A stretch of DNA of 64,000 nt from Octopus bimaculoides (lineage: Eukaryota), in NCBI RefSeq assembly GCF_001194135.2, contig NC_069000.1, forward strand, positions 35,754,261-35,818,260. The letters run 5' to 3'. The notes beneath the pieces are model-generated. The model was not told the origin of the DNA. It did not search any database and was given only the letters and a program-made list of their open reading frames with translations. A program made the position numbers and the translations under genes. Shown piece after piece: positions 60,038 to 64,000 of this stretch. Within the stretch, counting starts at the first letter, position 1, and the number at the start of each line of letters is the position of its first letter.

Positions 60038-61444
60038 TATAGGCAAAGGTGTGGCTGTGTGGTAAGAAGCTTGCTTTCCAACCACATTGTTCTAGGTTCA
60101 GTCCCACTGTGTGGCACCTTGGGCAAGTGATTTCTACTATAGCCTTGGGCCGACTAAAGTCTTGTGAGTGGATTTGGTAGGCAGAAACTGAAAGAAGCCT
60201 GTCGTATATATGTGTGTGTGTGTATACATATATATATCTGTGTGTGTGTATACATATATATATCTGTATGCGTGTGTTTTTGTGTCTATGTTTGTCCCCC
60301 CCCCCATCACCATTTGACAACTGGCATTGGTGTATCTACATCCCCCATTACTTAGTGGTTCGACAAAAGACACTGACAGAATAAGTACTAGGCTTTGAAA
60401 AAAAAACCCTTCAAGACAGTGCTCCAGCATGGGTGTACAGTCAAATCACTGAAGGAAATAAAAGAATAAAAGAGTCTCTTTCCCCCACTTTTATTCACTC
60501 TGTCCAATTTCATTCTTTAAACTTTTCCCATCATTCACTTTTTTAGCTTTCATAATCTCACCCCAAACCTCGCCCCACCCCTNNNNNNNNNNNNNNNNNN
60601 NNNNNNNNNNNNNNNNNNNNNNNNNNNNNNNNNNNNNNNNNNNNNNNNNNNNNNNNNNNNNNNNNNNNNNNNNNNNNNNNNNNNNNNNNNNNNNNNNNNN
60701 NNNNNNNNNNNNNNNNNNNNNNNNNNNNNNNNNNNNNNNNNNTTCTTTCTCTCTAGTCCCCTCCCTTTCTTTATCTCTCTTTCTCCCTCTATTTCATCAT
60801 CTACATATAATTATTCGTTTATATGTAGACAGAAGATGACCAACTTACTATTAAAATAGACTTAATTGTGTATCGACGATTTTGCGATTACTAGAATGAA
60901 TCTAGACTTCGTTCATCAGCACAATATTGTCCCAAAAATATATATATAAATAAACAGAATTCTCACCTCTGTTGGTTGTTTTTTCCTCGCATAGGTACTA
61001 AATGTGGTTATTTTGAGAAGTCCACTGTGTGGCGTTATTATTTTTCTATAACAATGCTCTCTATATAAATATAAACGAATAATTATATTCTTGGGAATAG
61101 AAATTTCCCTAATGAATTTTTTTACACACTGGCTTCTTGATAAAATTCTTGTAAAAGAGTTTTATCCTTTTTTGAATTTATTCATCATCTACATATATAT
61201 CTTTAATTCTTCAGCTTCCATGCAATGCCTTTCTTGCTCTCTGTATCTCCTGTGACATATTTTTCCGTCTATAGTGACACAAAAAAACAACAAATCGCCC
61301 ACAAACTTTTATCATTATGAGTTTCTCTGCTTCAATTTAGTTTCCATTTCTTGCTGACAAATCTCCCATGTACTTCGATAATTATAAGTTTTTCCGTTTC
61401 AATCTTGTTTCCATTTCTTGCTGAGTGTCTTCCTGATATCTAGG

Positions 61445-61885
61445 GCAATTATTATTATTATTATTATTATTTTTATTGTCATCACTGCCATCACCGCCAC
61501 CACTGCCTCTGTCACCAAGATTATCACTGCCCTACCTAGGCTTTATTACCACCACCACCACTATTACTGTCATTAGTCACCATCATTACCAACACTGTCT
61601 TCATCATTATCATCACAGCTGGCATATAGCACCACCACCGCCGCCGCTGCTGCCACTACCACCACCAACACCACCATTGTTGTTGCCACTGCTGTTGCTG
61701 CCACCACCAACATTATCACCACTATCACCACCCCCACCACCACTACAATCACCACCCTTGCCTCCCTGCTCCTACCACCATCAGCAACATCAGCACCATC
61801 ACTGCCACCACTACCACCACCATCACCATCACCACCACCACGATCATCACCAACAGCACCGCCACTACCACCACCAGCACCACCA
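61445..61885. repeat. Degenerate (ACC)/(CAT) trinucleotide low-complexity tract running into a gap
   Basis: Direct reading. Confidence 0.9.
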
Positions 61886-62870
61886 NNNNNNNNNNNNNNN
61901 NNNNNNNNNNNNNNNNNNNNNNNNNNNNNNNNNNNNNNNNNNNNNNNNNNNNNNNNNNNNNNNNNNNNNNNNNNNNNNNNNNNNNNNNNNNNNNNNNNNN
62001 NNNNNNNNNNNNNNNNNNNNNNNNNNNNNNNNNNNNNNNNNNNNNNNNNNNNNNNNNNNNNNNNNNNNNNNNNNNNNNNNNNNNNNNNNNNNNNNNNNNN
62101 NNNNNNNNNNNNNNNNNNNNNNNNNNNNNNNNNNNNNNNNNNNNNNNNNNNNNNNNNNNNNNNNNNNNNNNNNNNNNNNNNNNNNNNNNNNNNNNNNNNN
62201 NNNNNNNNNNNNNNNNNNNNNNNNNNNNNNNNNNNNNNNNNNNNNNNNNNNNNNNNNNNNNNNNNNNNNNNNNNNNNNNNNNNNNNNNNNNNNNNNNNNN
62301 NNNNNNNNNNNNNNNNNNNNNNNNNNNNNNNNNNNNNNNNNNNNNNNNNNNNNNNNNNNNNNNNNNNNNNNNNNNNNNNNNNNNNNNNNNNNNNNNNNNN
62401 NNNNNNNNNNNNNNNNNNNNNNNNNNNNNNNNNNNNNNNNNNNNNNNNNNNNNNNNNNNNNNNNNNNNNNNNNNNNNNNNNNNNNNNNNNNNNNNNNNNN
62501 NNNNNNNNNNNNNNNNNNNNNNNNNNNNNNNNNNNNNNNNNNNNNNNNNNNNNNNNNNNNNNNNNNNNNNNNNNNNNNNNNNNNNNNNNNNNNNNNNNNN
62601 NNNNNNNNNNNNNNNNNNNNNNNNNNNNNNNNNNNNNNNNNNNNNNNNNNNNNNNNNNNNNNNNNNNNNNNNNNNNNNNNNNNNNNNNNNNNNNNNNNNN
62701 NNNNNNNNNNNTTTAGTCAAATAAATCAACTCTAGTACTTATTTTCCTTTTTCAAAGTTTGGTGCTTATTCTATCAGACTCTTTTGCCAAACTGCGAAGT
62801 CATGAGGATGTAAACAAACCAACACCAGTTGCCAAGCAGTAGTGGAAGACAAACACAAACACAGAAACAT

Positions 62871-62916
<46 letters not shown>

Positions 62917-63848
62917 ACATACATGCACTCACAGACATATATGATGGGCTTCTGCACAGTTTCCATCTACCAAATCCACTCACAAGGCATTAGTCCGCTT
63001 GCGGATAAAGCAGAAGACACTTGCCTAATGTGCTGCATAGTGGGACTGAACCTGAAACCTCATGGCTGCAAAGCCATACTTGGCTTGTAAATAGAATTAC
63101 AATGAATGATAAATGAGTTACAGCTGAGCCACTTCACTCAACAGAAATGAGTGGCACCAGATATATTAGCTGATGTAGACCAAAATACAGAGTCTGAAAA
63201 GGGATGTGTTAGTCACAGCTAGAATACCTCTGAATGCTCTGAGCATGTGCCATCCACAGTAGCCCTTGAGTTTACTGTCCCCTCCCCCTAGCTGTCTGTC
63301 CCCAAGACTATAAAGACTTATACAACAGTCCCAAAAGTGCTACCCCAATAAAAGTATTGCCCAGGGCAGACAACCCTTTCATAGCTAGACTGTTGTTTGA
63401 TCATAAGTCTGCTCAATCAAGGGCTAAACAACAATTTGGATAGTAGACATAATTGCCACCTGGTTTAACACAACCAGCTGACCCTTGTGTCATGTTTTTT
63501 GGTCTGAGAGTAACCTCCCCCTTTCCTTCCACCAGTCATGGGTAACCTAGAATGGTCATGGGTGCTACCCTTCCTCTGCTGACTAACCAATTAACCCTCT
63601 CACCACATACACACAGCTAAAAGAAAAATAAACAACATACCACCAGAGCTGTCTTTACAGCATTTATAGGCCCCCAGACAAATTAGTGCACTGGGCCCTA
63701 TAATATTTATTTATTGCCAGCAAGCCATAGTATACATAATTCAGAATTAGGCCCCTGGACCTGTGAGGATCCTGGACAAATCAATACACTGGCCCCTATA
63801 GTGCTTATTAATAGATAGCAAGCCACAGCATACATAGATTAGAATTAG

Positions 63849-63981
63849 GCCCTTAGACCCATGAGGCTACACCTTAAGAAGACCCTTAGACCCATGAGGC
63901 TATACATTAAGAAGGCCCTTAGACCCATGAGGCTATACCTAAAGAAGGCCCTTAGACCCAGTGGCTATATCTTAAGAAGGC
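63849..63981. repeat. 33-bp tandem repeat, about 4 copies (ggcccttagacccatgaggctatacattaagaa)
   Basis: Direct reading; preceded by two related ~90-100-bp units from about 63665. Confidence 0.88.
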
Positions 63982-64000
63982 ACTGATGCTCTTTTACTTT

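Noticed and set aside
1189-62735. Long ORFs dominated by X (e.g. 27652-28727, 61476-62735, 9461-10066, 4441-5051)
   Set aside because: They run through N gaps and microsatellites and carry no coding evidence.

Overview
AT-rich, intron- and repeat-rich animal genomic DNA with many N gaps. The repeat families and microsatellite load suggest an octopus or other coleoid cephalopod, which is an inference. One complete protein-coding gene can be reconstructed on the + strand: a ZNF341 orthologue with 13 coding exons from ATG 12706 to TGA 39282. All junctions are GT-AG and phase-compatible, giving 3249 nt and 1082 aa. The protein has an N-terminal C2HC finger, 12 further C2H2-type fingers, polyQ and polyN tracts, and two AT-hook-like motifs. 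The rest of the window is a mosaic of tRNA- and RTE-type SINEs, hAT, mariner and piggyBac-type MITEs with recognisable TSDs, decayed mariner/Tc1 transposons, RTE LINE fragments, a Penelope-type GIY-YIG fragment and a short DRP1/dynamin retro-fragment. The most unusual signal is a set of minimal type I hammerhead-ribozyme motifs (CUGANGA...GAAAC with a palindromic stem III) at 313-440, 34822-34867 and 35172-35217, with decayed copies near 17.2 and 18.0 kb. The pair in intron 10 sits inside a tRNA-headed SINE arranged as a head-to-head inverted pair. This suggests a ribozyme-bearing SINE mobilised by Penelope-like elements. Other notable items are a 378-bp near-perfect palindrome, a duplicated exon-9 stub that would act as a poison acceptor, ZNF341-motif-like sites next to the gene's own start codon and in a SINE tail, and a foldback MITE carrying telomeric (CCCTAA)n. 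All coordinates were read by hand and no database searches were run.
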